DNA of 63,621 nt, the filler included, from Ferroacidibacillus organovorans (GTDB lineage: Bacteria; Bacillota; Bacilli; Alicyclobacillales; SLC66), in assembly GCF_001642725.1 (NCBI RefSeq). It is 3 parts of 3 records of this genome, joined end to end, with 100 filler letters (N's around TTAATTAATTAA, not from the genome) between each part and the next. Parts side by side here need not be neighbours in the genome. Positions count along the whole stretch, not along the records: positions 1 to 26,092 come from NZ_LSUQ01000034.1; 2 more parts are not named here. One strand, given 5' to 3'. How positions within the stretch are numbered: the stretch's first letter is position 1; each line of letters starts with the position of its first letter. The notes under the pieces are model-generated. The model saw nothing but the letters and a program-made list of their open reading frames with translations, was not told where the DNA came from and made no database searches. Both the position numbers and the translations under genes were made by a program. This document shows, piece after piece, positions 1 to 9,805 of this stretch.

Positions 1-70
1 ACCGCCGTATGCGGACCCGCATGTACGGTGGTGTGAGAGGTCGGGGGCTAGGCGCCCCCTCCTACTCGAT
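1..70 (+). mobile_element. Group II intron (class IIC-like) 3' end: catalytic domain V and domain VI
   Basis: ACCGCCGTATGCGGACCCGCATGTACGGTGG forms the short DV hairpin. It is followed by TGTGAGAGG and a GGGGG..CCCCCTCC DVI stem, ending TACTCGAT, the canonical IIC 3' terminus. The rest of the intron lies upstream of the window. Confidence 0.9.
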
Positions 71-214
71 GCGTTCAGGCTCACTCACCGCGTTTCGCGC
101 TAGACGTTTCGATGCGCCTAAACATTCGCTGGTAGAAGAACGCGTGGCGCAGAGTTCGCAAGGGCGTGTTTGCATGCTACAATAGGACAAACTGAATGGA
201 AATGAGCGCATTTT

Positions 215-2152
215 ATGGCTAGGCGTTACACATGGATGAACCGCGTGCTTGCGATCATTGTGGGGGTCGTCATTTTGTTTGTTTCAAGCGGCTCTGTCGC
301 GCTTGCAAGCATGCAAAATCCGCAGCTCACTCTTCGCTCAAGCGTCGGCTTTCAGAGCTACTATAACCCACAGACGTGGGTGCCTGTTCGCATAACCGTC
401 GTCAATCGCGGCAGTGCCCGACTGACCGGAGATCTGTCTTTCTCCATTGCACATCACGCCCCGTTTGGCGGATTGCTGAAATGGCCGCTCACCGTTTTGC
501 CGCAGAGTACCGTGAAAACGACCATCGCAATCCCTGGGAACATGTTGAACAATCACGCAGTGCTGTCATTCGTTGTAAATGGCGTCTCGCAGGCGCTCAC
601 GCGTCTCGCAGGCGTGTCAACACTCGGGACATCACCGACTGGAATGGTCAGCACCACGCCACAAGCTGTACAGTCGCTGGCTGGCGTAACGCTGAACAGT
701 GGAGCCGTCCAAATGGTTACGGCCTATCTCACGCCAGAGCAAATTCCGGCGCATAGCATGTTGCTACAAAGCTTGTCGAACCTCTATCTCGACGGCGAGG
801 TGGCGAGCGCCCTTAGCACACAGCAAGTGCATGCCATCCTCGACTGGGTTAAAGCGGGGGGCGTTTTAATCCTTGGCGGGGTTCAACCGAACGCTGGACA
901 AACACTGCCATTTCAAAGTGTCAGTCCAGTGACCCCGCAGGTTGTCATCGACAGCAAAGGGACAGCGCTCGCCACATTTGCAGGCGCTCCTCCGATGTCG
1001 GGGCCGCTACCTGAATTACTCGGCATAGCGACGAGCGACAGCCGCGTCATTATCGGTGACGCGAAGCACGCGCTCGTGGCTGATCGCGCGTATGGACGAG
1101 GAATCATAGCGTATGTGGGACTCAACCCGGCATCCCCGCTCCTCCTGTCGTGGGCTGGGAACACGATGTTTTACACCGCATTGTTTGAGGCGCTGCACAC
1201 CCAATTGGCGCGCGCGCGATTTGATCTTTTTGGCGCGAGCGGATCGTGGTCGTTAGTGACTGCCGCGGAGCAGTTTCCACAACTCCACGCGCCGCCACTC
1301 TGGCTGTGGGCTACCATTTTTTTGCTCTATCTGTTCGCTGCGGGACCGGGGCTGTATGTTTTGTTGCGCCGCAATCGTAAACATGGGCGTGCTTGGTGGA
1401 TTCTGCCGATCCTTTCGGTGTTTGTCGCAGGGGCCATCTATGAGTATGGGATTCTGGTGAGGCCGAACGGCATTCTCACGCAGAGCATCGGACTTATCGA
1501 CATTGTCGATCCGCACATGGCTGAGGCGACAGGGGTGGAGGCGCTCATGTCGCCGCAGACAAGGGTCTATAGCGTTTCGACCCCGTCCGGCACATATGCT
1601 GTGCCGCTTAGTGAGTCGGATGTGCTGCCAAAACAGACGACTACGACTTTTTTGCCATCCGGTTCCTTGCTCAATTTCTCTGAAGTGCGCGCCTGGTCAG
1701 GACGTTACGCGTTTGTCGCAGGTGTCATGCGCCGCTTTGGTGCATTTAAAACGACACTGTATCGCACAAAAAATGAGATTTATGGAACCGTCACGAATCA
1801 GACGACAAGCTCATACACCGATCTTGCGCTGGTGATTCATGGCAAAGTGATCATGTTGGGTTCCTTGCGTGCAGGGCACACCACGTACGTTCAGACTGTA
1901 CTCACGGATTCAACGAAGGTTCCATTTGCATTGCAACTCGCAAATGCGCTTCCGAGTTCGTCGTCTGGGGTTGGTCGCTCCATTTTTGAGTTCGTCAATG
2001 AACTCGCATCGCCATCCCTTCCGTCGCAAGCGATTTTGATCGGTTGGTCGCATGTCGAGCCCAAACTTTTCTATCCGGATGGTGCAGTGCTCTCTGCTTC
2101 ACCGCAGTGGGTTGTTCGGGAATTGGTTCACGTGACTAAGGTTGCGGAGTGA
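215..2152 (+). CDS. Membrane protein with N-terminal signal/TM, GATase-like domain and internal TM pair (ABC-system associated)
   Basis: 645-aa ORF with the 'LDWVKAGGVLILGG' and 'GRGIIAYVG' GATase-like motifs and a 'WWILPILSVFV' TM segment. In an operon with ABC genes. Confidence 0.65.
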   Translation: MARRYTWMNRVLAIIVGVVILFVSSGSVALASMQNPQLTLRSSVGFQSYYNPQTWVPVRITVVNRGSARLTGDLSFSIAHHAPFGGLLKWPLTVLPQSTVKTTIAIPGNMLNNHAVLSFVVNGVSQALTRLAGVSTLGTSPTGMVSTTPQAVQSLAGVTLNSGAVQMVTAYLTPEQIPAHSMLLQSLSNLYLDGEVASALSTQQVHAILDWVKAGGVLILGGVQPNAGQTLPFQSVSPVTPQVVIDSKGTALATFAGAPPMSGPLPELLGIATSDSRVIIGDAKHALVADRAYGRGIIAYVGLNPASPLLLSWAGNTMFYTALFEALHTQLARARFDLFGASGSWSLVTAAEQFPQLHAPPLWLWATIFLLYLFAAGPGLYVLLRRNRKHGRAWWILPILSVFVAGAIYEYGILVRPNGILTQSIGLIDIVDPHMAEATGVEALMSPQTRVYSVSTPSGTYAVPLSESDVLPKQTTTTFLPSGSLLNFSEVRAWSGRYAFVAGVMRRFGAFKTTLYRTKNEIYGTVTNQTTSSYTDLALVIHGKVIMLGSLRAGHTTYVQTVLTDSTKVPFALQLANALPSSSSGVGRSIFEFVNELASPSLPSQAILIGWSHVEPKLFYPDGAVLSASPQWVVRELVHVTKVAE

Positions 2153-2158
2153 ATACGC

Positions 2159-3139
2159 ATGATTCGAATTGAAAATTTGTGTAAGAAGTATGGTCGCTTT
2201 GAAGCGGTAAAAAATTTAAACCTAGACGTGCGGGATGGCACAGTCTTTGGATTTGTCGGAGAGAATGGAGCGGGAAAAACGACCACTTTGTCGATTCTCG
2301 CCACGCTGCTTCGCCCAACATCGGGACGGGCTTTTGTCGGCGGGGAGGAGGTTACGCGAAATCCGTCTGCCGTTCGGCGGCAGGTTGGATACATGCCCGA
2401 CTCGTTTGGGGTATACGATGATCTGACCGTGCGCGAATACCTCGCGTTTTATGGCACGGCCTACCACGTTGCAGAATCGCTGATCGAATCTCGCACCCGA
2501 GATCTTCTTCATCGCGTCAATCTTGAGGACAAAGTGGATGCGTATGTGAATACATTGTCGCGCGGCATGCAACAGCGGCTGGGACTCGCCCGCAGTTTGA
2601 TTCACGATCCGCCTGTCCTCATCTTGGACGAGCCAGCCTCAGGGCTTGACCCGCGATCGCGCATCGAGATGAAAGACTTGATCAAAGGATTGCGCGATCA
2701 AGGCAAGACGGTGCTCATCAGTTCGCATATTCTGCCTGAACTCGCGGAAATGTGCGATGAGATTGGCGTGATTCAAAACGGTTCTCTCGTCGCGTGTGCG
2801 GCAGTCGAGATTGTGACGGCGCGCGCCAATGGACAACGCATGCTCGGTTTTGAGTTGCTTGAAGGCGGGAGATTGCTCGGTGAGCGTCTTCGCCCTAACC
2901 CGCTGGTAACAGAAGTGGTTGTGCAAGGTGAGCAGCGTGTCGAGGTGTTGTTTTCTGGGAGCGAACGGCAACAAGTCGAGTTGATTCGGGAATTGTCACT
3001 CGCAGGCTATGCGATTAAAGGGGTATCTGAAGTGGCCGGAAGTCTTGAAGAGCTGTTTTTGCGTCTCACCGAGAGTGACACAAAGTCTGCGCAAATCGCG
3101 CAGCCAGAAAACGCGCTGCCTGCGAGTCGCGTCGTATGA
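2159..3139 (+). CDS. ABC transporter ATP-binding protein
   Basis: Walker A GENGAGKT, signature LSRGMQQR, Walker B LILDE, H-loop SSH. Confidence 0.95.
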   Translation: MIRIENLCKKYGRFEAVKNLNLDVRDGTVFGFVGENGAGKTTTLSILATLLRPTSGRAFVGGEEVTRNPSAVRRQVGYMPDSFGVYDDLTVREYLAFYGTAYHVAESLIESRTRDLLHRVNLEDKVDAYVNTLSRGMQQRLGLARSLIHDPPVLILDEPASGLDPRSRIEMKDLIKGLRDQGKTVLISSHILPELAEMCDEIGVIQNGSLVACAAVEIVTARANGQRMLGFELLEGGRLLGERLRPNPLVTEVVVQGEQRVEVLFSGSERQQVELIRELSLAGYAIKGVSEVAGSLEELFLRLTESDTKSAQIAQPENALPASRVV

Positions 3140-4125
3140 GGCGTAAAAATAGATCTCGGCCAGTGGAAGTGTCCGTGGTGACGCGCGCGGTGGTTGCAAA
3201 GAGTTCAGGGATCCTTTTGCAGACCTTTGGCAACCCGCTGATACGCAAAGAGTTGCGCCAACGCATGCGCTCGGTGCGCTCCATTCTCGCGCTTTCCATG
3301 TACCTCCTGGCAATGGGAGCCATCGCATTCATCTTCATGTATCTGAATGTTCAGGGTCAGACGCTGCTGCTGCAACCGACACGCACGGCAGAACTGTTCA
3401 CTTTTTTATCCTATTTACAATTGGCGATGATTTCGTTCGTCACGCCAGGCATTGCGGCCGGGGTCATCAGTGGCGAGCGCGAGCGGCAGACGTTGACCGT
3501 TTTGCTTACGACGCCGCTCACGCCGCTCACGATCATTGTGTCAAAATGGCTCGCATCGATTTCGTTTCTTTCTCTGCTCATCGTAATGACCCTGCCACTC
3601 TACAGCATCGTCTTTTTGTTTGGCGGCGTCGTTCCTTCACAAGTGATCGCGGTGTTTTGGCTTCAACTCGTGACGCTTGGCGCGATTGCAACAATCAGTG
3701 TATTTTGGTCCACCTTCATCCAACGGACAGGTTGGGCGACCGTTCTGTCATATGGGACAGTTGCCGTCATCTATATTTTGCTAGGGATTGCCGGCTATCT
3801 GATCGACGGGGTCGCTGCGCACAATCCGGATGCGTCCGCGTGGACAGACGCTGCGACGCTCTGTTATGCGCTTAATCCGCTGTTTATGTTGGCGAGCATC
3901 GTTGAGCGGTTCGGGCTGATTACTCCGGTTTATCACAACACCTTGGCAGCCTCCCTCTTTTCGTCGGTCGATGCGCATCATCTGGCGAGCTCTGGCTCGT
4001 GGTTTTTGTTTTTGACAGTGTACCTCGCAGGTTCGGTCGTGCTCCTTGGCGCGTGCGCTTGGCGCTTGCGACCGGGCGCGTTCTCGGTGTTCATGCGAAG
4101 GCTGTTATCTTGGGTTGCCCGATGA
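3136..4125 (+). CDS. ABC-2 type transporter permease
   Basis: 'NPLIRKELRQRMRS' and 'ISGERERQTLTVLLTTPL' motifs, about 6 TM helices. The true start may be somewhat downstream. Confidence 0.9.
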   Translation: MRRKNRSRPVEVSVVTRAVVAKSSGILLQTFGNPLIRKELRQRMRSVRSILALSMYLLAMGAIAFIFMYLNVQGQTLLLQPTRTAELFTFLSYLQLAMISFVTPGIAAGVISGERERQTLTVLLTTPLTPLTIIVSKWLASISFLSLLIVMTLPLYSIVFLFGGVVPSQVIAVFWLQLVTLGAIATISVFWSTFIQRTGWATVLSYGTVAVIYILLGIAGYLIDGVAAHNPDASAWTDAATLCYALNPLFMLASIVERFGLITPVYHNTLAASLFSSVDAHHLASSGSWFLFLTVYLAGSVVLLGACAWRLRPGAFSVFMRRLLSWVAR

Positions 4126-4177
4126 GTTGGGCCTGTGGTATGTTCACCCATAATGAGGCGTGTGAAGGAGGTTTCGC

Positions 4178-5086
4178 ATGAGTGGTAGTATGCTCTATTT
4201 TGTGATTGGCATTGTTGTGATCGTGCTCGTCGCCGTGATTCTCATCGTGTGGTCGATACGGCAAATCCGCCGTGGAGAGACGCCGCGCGAGGCGAGCAAG
4301 CGACAGACGTTGTCATCGCTTGACGCGGATGGAATTGCGGATGGGCCAGCACAAAATAATAGCTCGTCCGTGCGCGAAGAACCGCTGTCCCACCCTCATG
4401 AGCACGCGGAGCAGCGCGACGCGCGTGAAGTGCTGCGCGCACTTCGCGCGAGCCAGGAAGACGCGCACGAGCGACTGGACGTGGTTCACGAAGACATAGA
4501 GCAGGCAAGCCCGATGATTCTTTTGCAACAAGACGTGGACGCATCATTTGCCGCGCTCTCTGAGGATCATGTTTTGGGACTCAGCGTCTTGTCGCAAGCG
4601 TCAGAGTCGGCGCTTGTAGGGGATGAGTCGACGCACAGAGAGAATGAACCGGCGCGCGCAGTTTCTGAAATGATCGAAGAACCACCGCTTCCGGCGATAG
4701 ACCTTAGAGCGTATCTGGCCGAACGCCTGGCGCATCCTTCGGTGCTTGGATTTATGATCATTGATGAAAACGGAACGATCTCGGCGAGCGATCAAACGTA
4801 TGACCCGGAACTCTCGGAGCTTTTTGGCACTCTCGTGGCGGATGCGAAGCGCACGGCGGATACCGTAGGGCTCGCGAGTCGACAGGAAGTGATCGTGCGC
4901 GGAGAAGAAGGTTTGATCTATCTTTTGCCACTCGCGCAATTGGAAGTGGCACAGCGCCCGCTCGTTGAAGATGAGCGGTTTTTGGTCGTTTTTCTCGATC
5001 CGCAGGAAGGATCTCTCGATGATGTCACGCGTGGGTTTTTACGCAGTGACGCGACGGATGAGAGGGTTGCGAAACACGCTCTGTAA
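4178..5086 (+). CDS. Hypothetical membrane-anchored protein with possible C-terminal Roadblock/LC7-like domain
   Basis: RBS GAAGGAGG, N-terminal TM helix and acidic low-complexity linker. C-terminal pattern 'VLGFMIIDENGTISAS...EVIVRGEEGLIYLLPL'. Confidence 0.55.
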   Translation: MSGSMLYFVIGIVVIVLVAVILIVWSIRQIRRGETPREASKRQTLSSLDADGIADGPAQNNSSSVREEPLSHPHEHAEQRDAREVLRALRASQEDAHERLDVVHEDIEQASPMILLQQDVDASFAALSEDHVLGLSVLSQASESALVGDESTHRENEPARAVSEMIEEPPLPAIDLRAYLAERLAHPSVLGFMIIDENGTISASDQTYDPELSELFGTLVADAKRTADTVGLASRQEVIVRGEEGLIYLLPLAQLEVAQRPLVEDERFLVVFLDPQEGSLDDVTRGFLRSDATDERVAKHAL

Positions 5087-5163
5087 TCCGGCTTTTCGTA
5101 CAGATTCGCTGCACAATGCGATGAACATGTGATATACTTTTTGTAAGTGAAGGAGGATGCGGA

Positions 5164-5382
5164 ATGTTTGAACGTGTAGAGGCAGTCATAGATCATCTGC
5201 GTCCAGCACTTCAGTCTGATGGCGGGGATGTTGAACTGATCGATGTGAATGACGGCATCGTAACCCTTCACTTGTTGGGGGCATGCAGTGGCTGTCCGAT
5301 GTCGACCATGACCCTGAAAATGGGGATCGAGCGAGCGATTAAACAGTCCGTACCCGAGATTCTCGAAGTCGTTGCGGTCTGA
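5164..5382 (+). CDS. nfu: Nfu/NifU C-terminal domain Fe-S carrier
   Basis: '[13 protein letters not shown]...[18 protein letters not shown]'; RBS GAAGGAGG. Confidence 0.93.
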   Translation: MFERVEAVIDHLRPALQSDGGDVELIDVNDGIVTLHLLGACSGCPMSTMTLKMGIERAIKQSVPEILEVVAV

Positions 5383-5404
5383 GCGGAATGGGTTATTGAG
5401 GTAG

Positions 5405-5743
5405 GTGTATGCGTTGGGGGATTCGTGCAAATCGATCACCCTCTCGACGTGGCGCGAGGTGTACGAGCGCACGCCATATGTGATTGTCGCATGCGTGGCG
5501 TCGTGGGATGAGTCGTCGCACAGAATGGAAGCGCTGCTTGACGAACTCGCGCAATGGTATGGCCCATCTGCGCCTGTTTTGCGGATCGATACCGATGTCG
5601 ACCGCGCGGTGGCTGACGCACTTCAGATGCGGGTGATTCCAACGCTGCGCGTCTATGCGTGTGGTGTGATGGTCTGTGAAGTGACAGGGTATCTGCCCTT
5701 TTCAGCGATGCACGAGCGGGTGCGCGATTTTCTCCCCGAATAA
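5405..5743 (+). CDS. Thioredoxin-fold protein lacking CxxC
   Basis: Trx pattern 'ASW...LDELA...IDTD...VIPTL', but WCGPC is replaced by WDESS. Confidence 0.65.
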   Translation: MYALGDSCKSITLSTWREVYERTPYVIVACVASWDESSHRMEALLDELAQWYGPSAPVLRIDTDVDRAVADALQMRVIPTLRVYACGVMVCEVTGYLPFSAMHERVRDFLPE

Positions 5744-5754
5744 CAAGATGAAAC

Positions 5755-5792
5755 GATCACCTGAACAGGAAAATACTCCTTTTCAGGTGATC
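5755..5792. terminator. Inverted repeat between convergent genes (probable bidirectional terminator)
   Basis: GATCACCTGAA...TTCAGGTGATC stem. Confidence 0.6.
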
Positions 5793-5836
5793 ATCGACGA
5801 TCGCCGTTTCGCGCAAGTTTTGCGGGATGGCTATTT

Positions 5837-7138
5837 TTATGGGCGGATTGCGGCAAATGCGCTGTCGGCAATGGCGAGCGTCTCATCGATCATCGCTTCG
5901 GTGTGCTCTGTCGTGAGGAACCACGCCTCGTATTTGGATGGCGCGAGGTGAACGCCGTGTTCGAGCAAATGGTGGAAAAATGCGGAAAATTGTTGGCTGT
6001 TGGTGTCCATTGCTTGCGCGTAGTTTTCAATTTTTTCTGGTCCAAAGAATAGGGTAAACGCCGTTTTATAGCGATTCACCGTCACCGCCACGCCGTGCGC
6101 ACGCGCGCGCGCGAGTAGGCCTGATTCGAGACGTTTTGCGAGCGTTTCCATGCGCTCATAGATGGTTGTGTCGGAAAGCAACTGGAGGCATGCGAGTCCA
6201 GCCCGAAGTGAAATGGCGTTTCCAGCCATCGTACCCGCCTGATACGCAGGGCCAAGCGGCGACACCTGCTCCATGATCTCCCGACGGCCACCGTATGCGC
6301 CGATCGGCAAGCCGCCCCCGATGATCTTGCCGAATGCATAAAGGTCAGGCTTTACATCGTCAAACTCGACGGCGCCGTAGCGAAAACGAAACCCGGTGAT
6401 GACCTCATCGTAGATGAGCACCGCGCCGAGTTCATTTGCGACGCGGCGAACCTCGGCTAAATAACCTGGGTGTGGTGTGACGATTCCGAAGTTGCCAACG
6501 ACTGGCTCGATCAGAATGGCTGCAATTTCTTCGCCATAATGGGACGCTGCCTGTCGCAGTGAGGCGACATCATTGAACGGCACCGTGATGACTTCTTGTG
6601 CGGTCGATGCAGGAACACCCGCGCTGTCAGGTACGCCGACAGAAGAAGGGCCGGAACCTGCCGCGACGAGAACGGCATCTGAATGTCCGTGATAACACCC
6701 TGCGAACTTGATGATGCGCGAACGCTTCGTGTAGGCGCGCGCCACGCGGAGGGTTGTCATCACCGCTTCGGTTCCAGAGTTGACCATGCGCACGCGCTCA
6801 AGCTCAGGAATGGCCGCTTTCAACCTTTCGGCGTACAGAGGCTCCCACACGCTTGGCGTTCCAAACAGATAGCCTTCGCGGCTGGCGTTTGCGACCGCTT
6901 CTGCGATGGCAGGGTGCGCGTGTCCTGTGATGATGGGTCCATAAGCGCAGACGTAGTCGATGTAGCGATTGCCGTCGACATCGTAGAGGTATGCGCCTTG
7001 TGCGCGCGCCATGGTGACAGGCGTATGGCCGCCAACCGATTTGAAGGAGCGCGCAGGGCTGTTGACACCGCCGAGGATGCTCTCTTTGGCGCGTTCGTAC
7101 CAGCTCTCTGACTGTGAAATAGATCGTTTAACGTTCAT
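5837..7138 (-). CDS. hemL: Glutamate-1-semialdehyde 2,1-aminomutase (HemL/GsaB)
   Basis: 'GGVNSPAR', 'NSGTEA', 'GCYHGH', 'DEVITGFR' and 'GKIIGGGLP' PLP motifs. Confidence 0.95.
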   Translation of the reverse strand: MNVKRSISQSESWYERAKESILGGVNSPARSFKSVGGHTPVTMARAQGAYLYDVDGNRYIDYVCAYGPIITGHAHPAIAEAVANASREGYLFGTPSVWEPLYAERLKAAIPELERVRMVNSGTEAVMTTLRVARAYTKRSRIIKFAGCYHGHSDAVLVAAGSGPSSVGVPDSAGVPASTAQEVITVPFNDVASLRQAASHYGEEIAAILIEPVVGNFGIVTPHPGYLAEVRRVANELGAVLIYDEVITGFRFRYGAVEFDDVKPDLYAFGKIIGGGLPIGAYGGRREIMEQVSPLGPAYQAGTMAGNAISLRAGLACLQLLSDTTIYERMETLAKRLESGLLARARAHGVAVTVNRYKTAFTLFFGPEKIENYAQAMDTNSQQFSAFFHHLLEHGVHLAPSKYEAWFLTTEHTEAMIDETLAIADSAFAAIRP

Positions 7139-7335
7139 ATTGATTCAACGTGCCTCCTGCAAAATGAGTAGCTGATTGTGAACGCGTACTATCATCTCAA
7201 AAATGTAGGGTCGACGCAAAAGGATGTGGCGGGTGCCGCGCGCTGTGCAATCGCAATCGATCGTTGTTATACTAAAGAAAATGGGTGTGTGGCGCTTTTG
7301 CGCGCAGCGGGTATGACAAAGGAATGAAATGAGGC

Positions 7336-8751
7336 ATGGATACAACTCAATTTCGACAGTTGCCAGCGGTTCATAAATTGCTGGAGTCGGCTGTTGTGGC
7401 GTCGTGGTGTGACGTTTACGCACGCACGGATGTGGTGCGCGCTTTGCAGGCGGCGCTGAGTCAGGCGCGCGCAGCGCTACGCGAAGGGGGGACCCTTGAG
7501 TCTTGGGATCAGCCCGCCATTTTGCGCATTGCGGCAGACGTGTTGACGAGGCAAGCGCAACTTCACCTGCGCGCCGTGATTAACGCGACGGGCATCGTCC
7601 TTCACACGAACTTGGGGCGGGCGCCGCTCGCCGCAGAGGCTATCGCGGCCGTTCAGGAGAGCGCGATGGGGTATAGCAATCTGGAACTTGATTTGGAGAC
7701 AGGTCAGCGAGGTCAGCGGTATGACCATGTGGAGAAGGTAATCTGCGATTTGACTGGCGCGGAGGCGGCGCTGGTCGTCAACAACAACGCGGCTGCCGTA
7801 TTTCTGATTCTTCGCGAGTTGGCAAACGGGGTGCCAGTCGCCATCTCGCGCGGTGAACTCATCGAGATTGGCGGATCGTTTCGCGTGAGTGAGATTATGC
7901 GCGAGAGCGGCGCACAACTGGTCGAGGTTGGCACGACGAATAAGACGCATGAGCGCGACTATGAGAACGCGCTCAATGAGGGCGTTGCACTTGTCTTGCG
8001 GATTCACGCCTCCAATTTTAAAATGCTCGGGTTCACGTATAAACCTTCGCTTGACGCGTTGGTCAAGCTTGCACACGCGCGGGATGTACCCGTCTACGAG
8101 GATCTGGGGAGCGGCTCGCTGTTTAATCTTAAAAAGGTGGGAATTGGCGAGGAGCCGACGGTGCGCGAGAGTATTGCGGCGGGCGTTGACGTCGTGTCAT
8201 TCTCTGGTGATAAATTGCTCGGCGCAACGCAAGCCGGGATCATTTGCGGCAAGAAACGCTATCTAGATCGCTTGAAAAAAAATCAGCTTTTGCGCGCGCT
8301 GCGCGTGGATAAATTGACGCTCGCGGCGCTTGAAGCGACGCTGCGACTCTATCGCGATGAGGAGATTGCGCGCTCGCGCGTACCGACGCTTCACATGATG
8401 ACGCGTGCAGTGGATGATCTTCGGGATGACGCGGATCGTCTCGCTGACACGCTACGCAAAAGTCTCGCCGCGCAGGGTAAAGGGGTCGTCGCTGACGTGC
8501 GCGTCACGCGTGTTGAATCGCAAGTGGGCGGCGGCGCGTTGCCGAGTGAAGATTTACCGTCGTACGGTGTGGCGTTACACGTTGTAGGTGTGTCTGAGCA
8601 AACGTTGCTTGAACGACTGCGCGCGCAGTCACCGCCGATTATCGCGCGGATTATGAAAGAGGAGGTGATTTTTGATGTCCGAACCATCTTTGCGTGGCAG
8701 CGCGACGAACTCGTCCGCGGAATCGCAAACGCCTGTACGGGATGCGCGTGA
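7336..8751 (+). CDS. selA: L-seryl-tRNA(Sec) selenium transferase
   Basis: 'VINATGIVLHTNLGRA', 'VVNNNAAA', 'SRGELIEIGGSFR', 'FSGDKLLG'. Confidence 0.96.
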   Translation: MDTTQFRQLPAVHKLLESAVVASWCDVYARTDVVRALQAALSQARAALREGGTLESWDQPAILRIAADVLTRQAQLHLRAVINATGIVLHTNLGRAPLAAEAIAAVQESAMGYSNLELDLETGQRGQRYDHVEKVICDLTGAEAALVVNNNAAAVFLILRELANGVPVAISRGELIEIGGSFRVSEIMRESGAQLVEVGTTNKTHERDYENALNEGVALVLRIHASNFKMLGFTYKPSLDALVKLAHARDVPVYEDLGSGSLFNLKKVGIGEEPTVRESIAAGVDVVSFSGDKLLGATQAGIICGKKRYLDRLKKNQLLRALRVDKLTLAALEATLRLYRDEEIARSRVPTLHMMTRAVDDLRDDADRLADTLRKSLAAQGKGVVADVRVTRVESQVGGGALPSEDLPSYGVALHVVGVSEQTLLERLRAQSPPIIARIMKEEVIFDVRTIFAWQRDELVRGIANACTGCA

Positions 8752-9805
8752 GAAGATTCGCCTGACGACTCTCACGGACAAATCTGGCTGAGGATGCAAA
8801 ATCGGTCCGGCGGACCTTCAGCATGTTCTATCTTTTTTACCTCCGAACCTTCCCAACCCTGACCTGTTGGTCGGACTTGAGACGTCGGATGACGCAGGGG
8901 TCTATCGACTGAGTGATTCTCTGGCGCTCGTACAGACCGTAGATTACTTCACACCGATTGTGGATGATCCGTATGCGTTTGGCCAGATCGCTGCGGCAAA
9001 CGCCCTGAGTGACATCTACGCGATGGGTGGAACGCCGCTTACGGTGCTGAATATCGTCGGGTTTCCCATTTCTACGTTGCCGCATGAATTGCTCGCGGAG
9101 ATTCTTCGCGGTGGCGCGGATAAAGTGCGCGAGGCGGGGGCGACGCTGCTTGGCGGGCACTCGATTGATGATGTCGATCCGAAGTTCGGCATGGCCGTTA
9201 CGGGCCTTATTGATCCGGCGAAGATTTGGACGAACGCAGGCGCGCAGGCGGACGACGTTCTCGTGTTGACAAAGCCGATTGGCGCCGGGATCATTACGAA
9301 GGCGATCAAGGAAGCGGTCGCATCCGAGGCGGACGCGGAGGAAGCGATCCACTGGATGAAGATGCTCAATCGTGCGGCGGCGGAGATTGCGAAACGCTAC
9401 GATGTGCATGGCGTGACGGATGTCACAGGTTTTGGACTGCTGGGTCACGCGCTGGAAATGGCGCGCGGCGCAAGGCGGACGCTTTTGCTTGACGCGGATG
9501 CGGTGCCGATTTGTGCGGGGACGATCGACTACGCGAAACAAGGGCTTGTCCCGGCGGGCAGCAAGCGCAATTTGCTGTTTGTAGGGGAGGCGACGACGTT
9601 TGCGGAGGATGTTCCGGCGGTGGTGCGCACGGTGCTGGCAGACGCGGTGACGTCTGGTGGTCTGTTGCTCGCGTTGCCAGCCGCTTTTGCGCCTCAGCTT
9701 GTCGAAGAACTGCGCGCAGCCGGCATGACACGAAGTGCCGTCATTGGTCGATTTACTGAAGAACGCGTCGCGCAAATCATTGTCAAACGGGGGTCACAAG
9801 AGTGA
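8675..9805 (+). CDS. selD: Selenide, water dikinase SelD, selenocysteine-containing (UGA at 8789-8791)
   Basis: ATG 8675 follows RBS GAGGAGGTGA. The frame reads ...KIRLTTLTDKSG-TGA-GCKIGPADL... and continues into the 8867 ORF (DDAGVY, TVDYFTP, TDVTGFGLLGH). The TGA aligns with the catalytic Cys/Sec. Confidence 0.92.
8792..8824 (+). promoter_or_regulatory. Putative bacterial SECIS element
   Basis: Immediately 3' of the UGA: GGTCC-GGC-GGACC apical stem (8804-8816) with possible lower pairing ATGC/GCAT. Confidence 0.65.

Noticed and set aside
8837..9775. Long antisense or alternate-frame ORFs (e.g. 8837-9775, 12867-13799, 26423-27466, 26976-27863)
   Set aside because: Shadows of well-supported genes in GC-rich DNA, Arg/Ala-rich with no motifs.
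8867..9805. selD as a truncated gene or pseudogene
   Set aside because: The upstream in-frame TGA sits at the catalytic position, with a SECIS-like hairpin and adjacent selA, so recoding is the better explanation.
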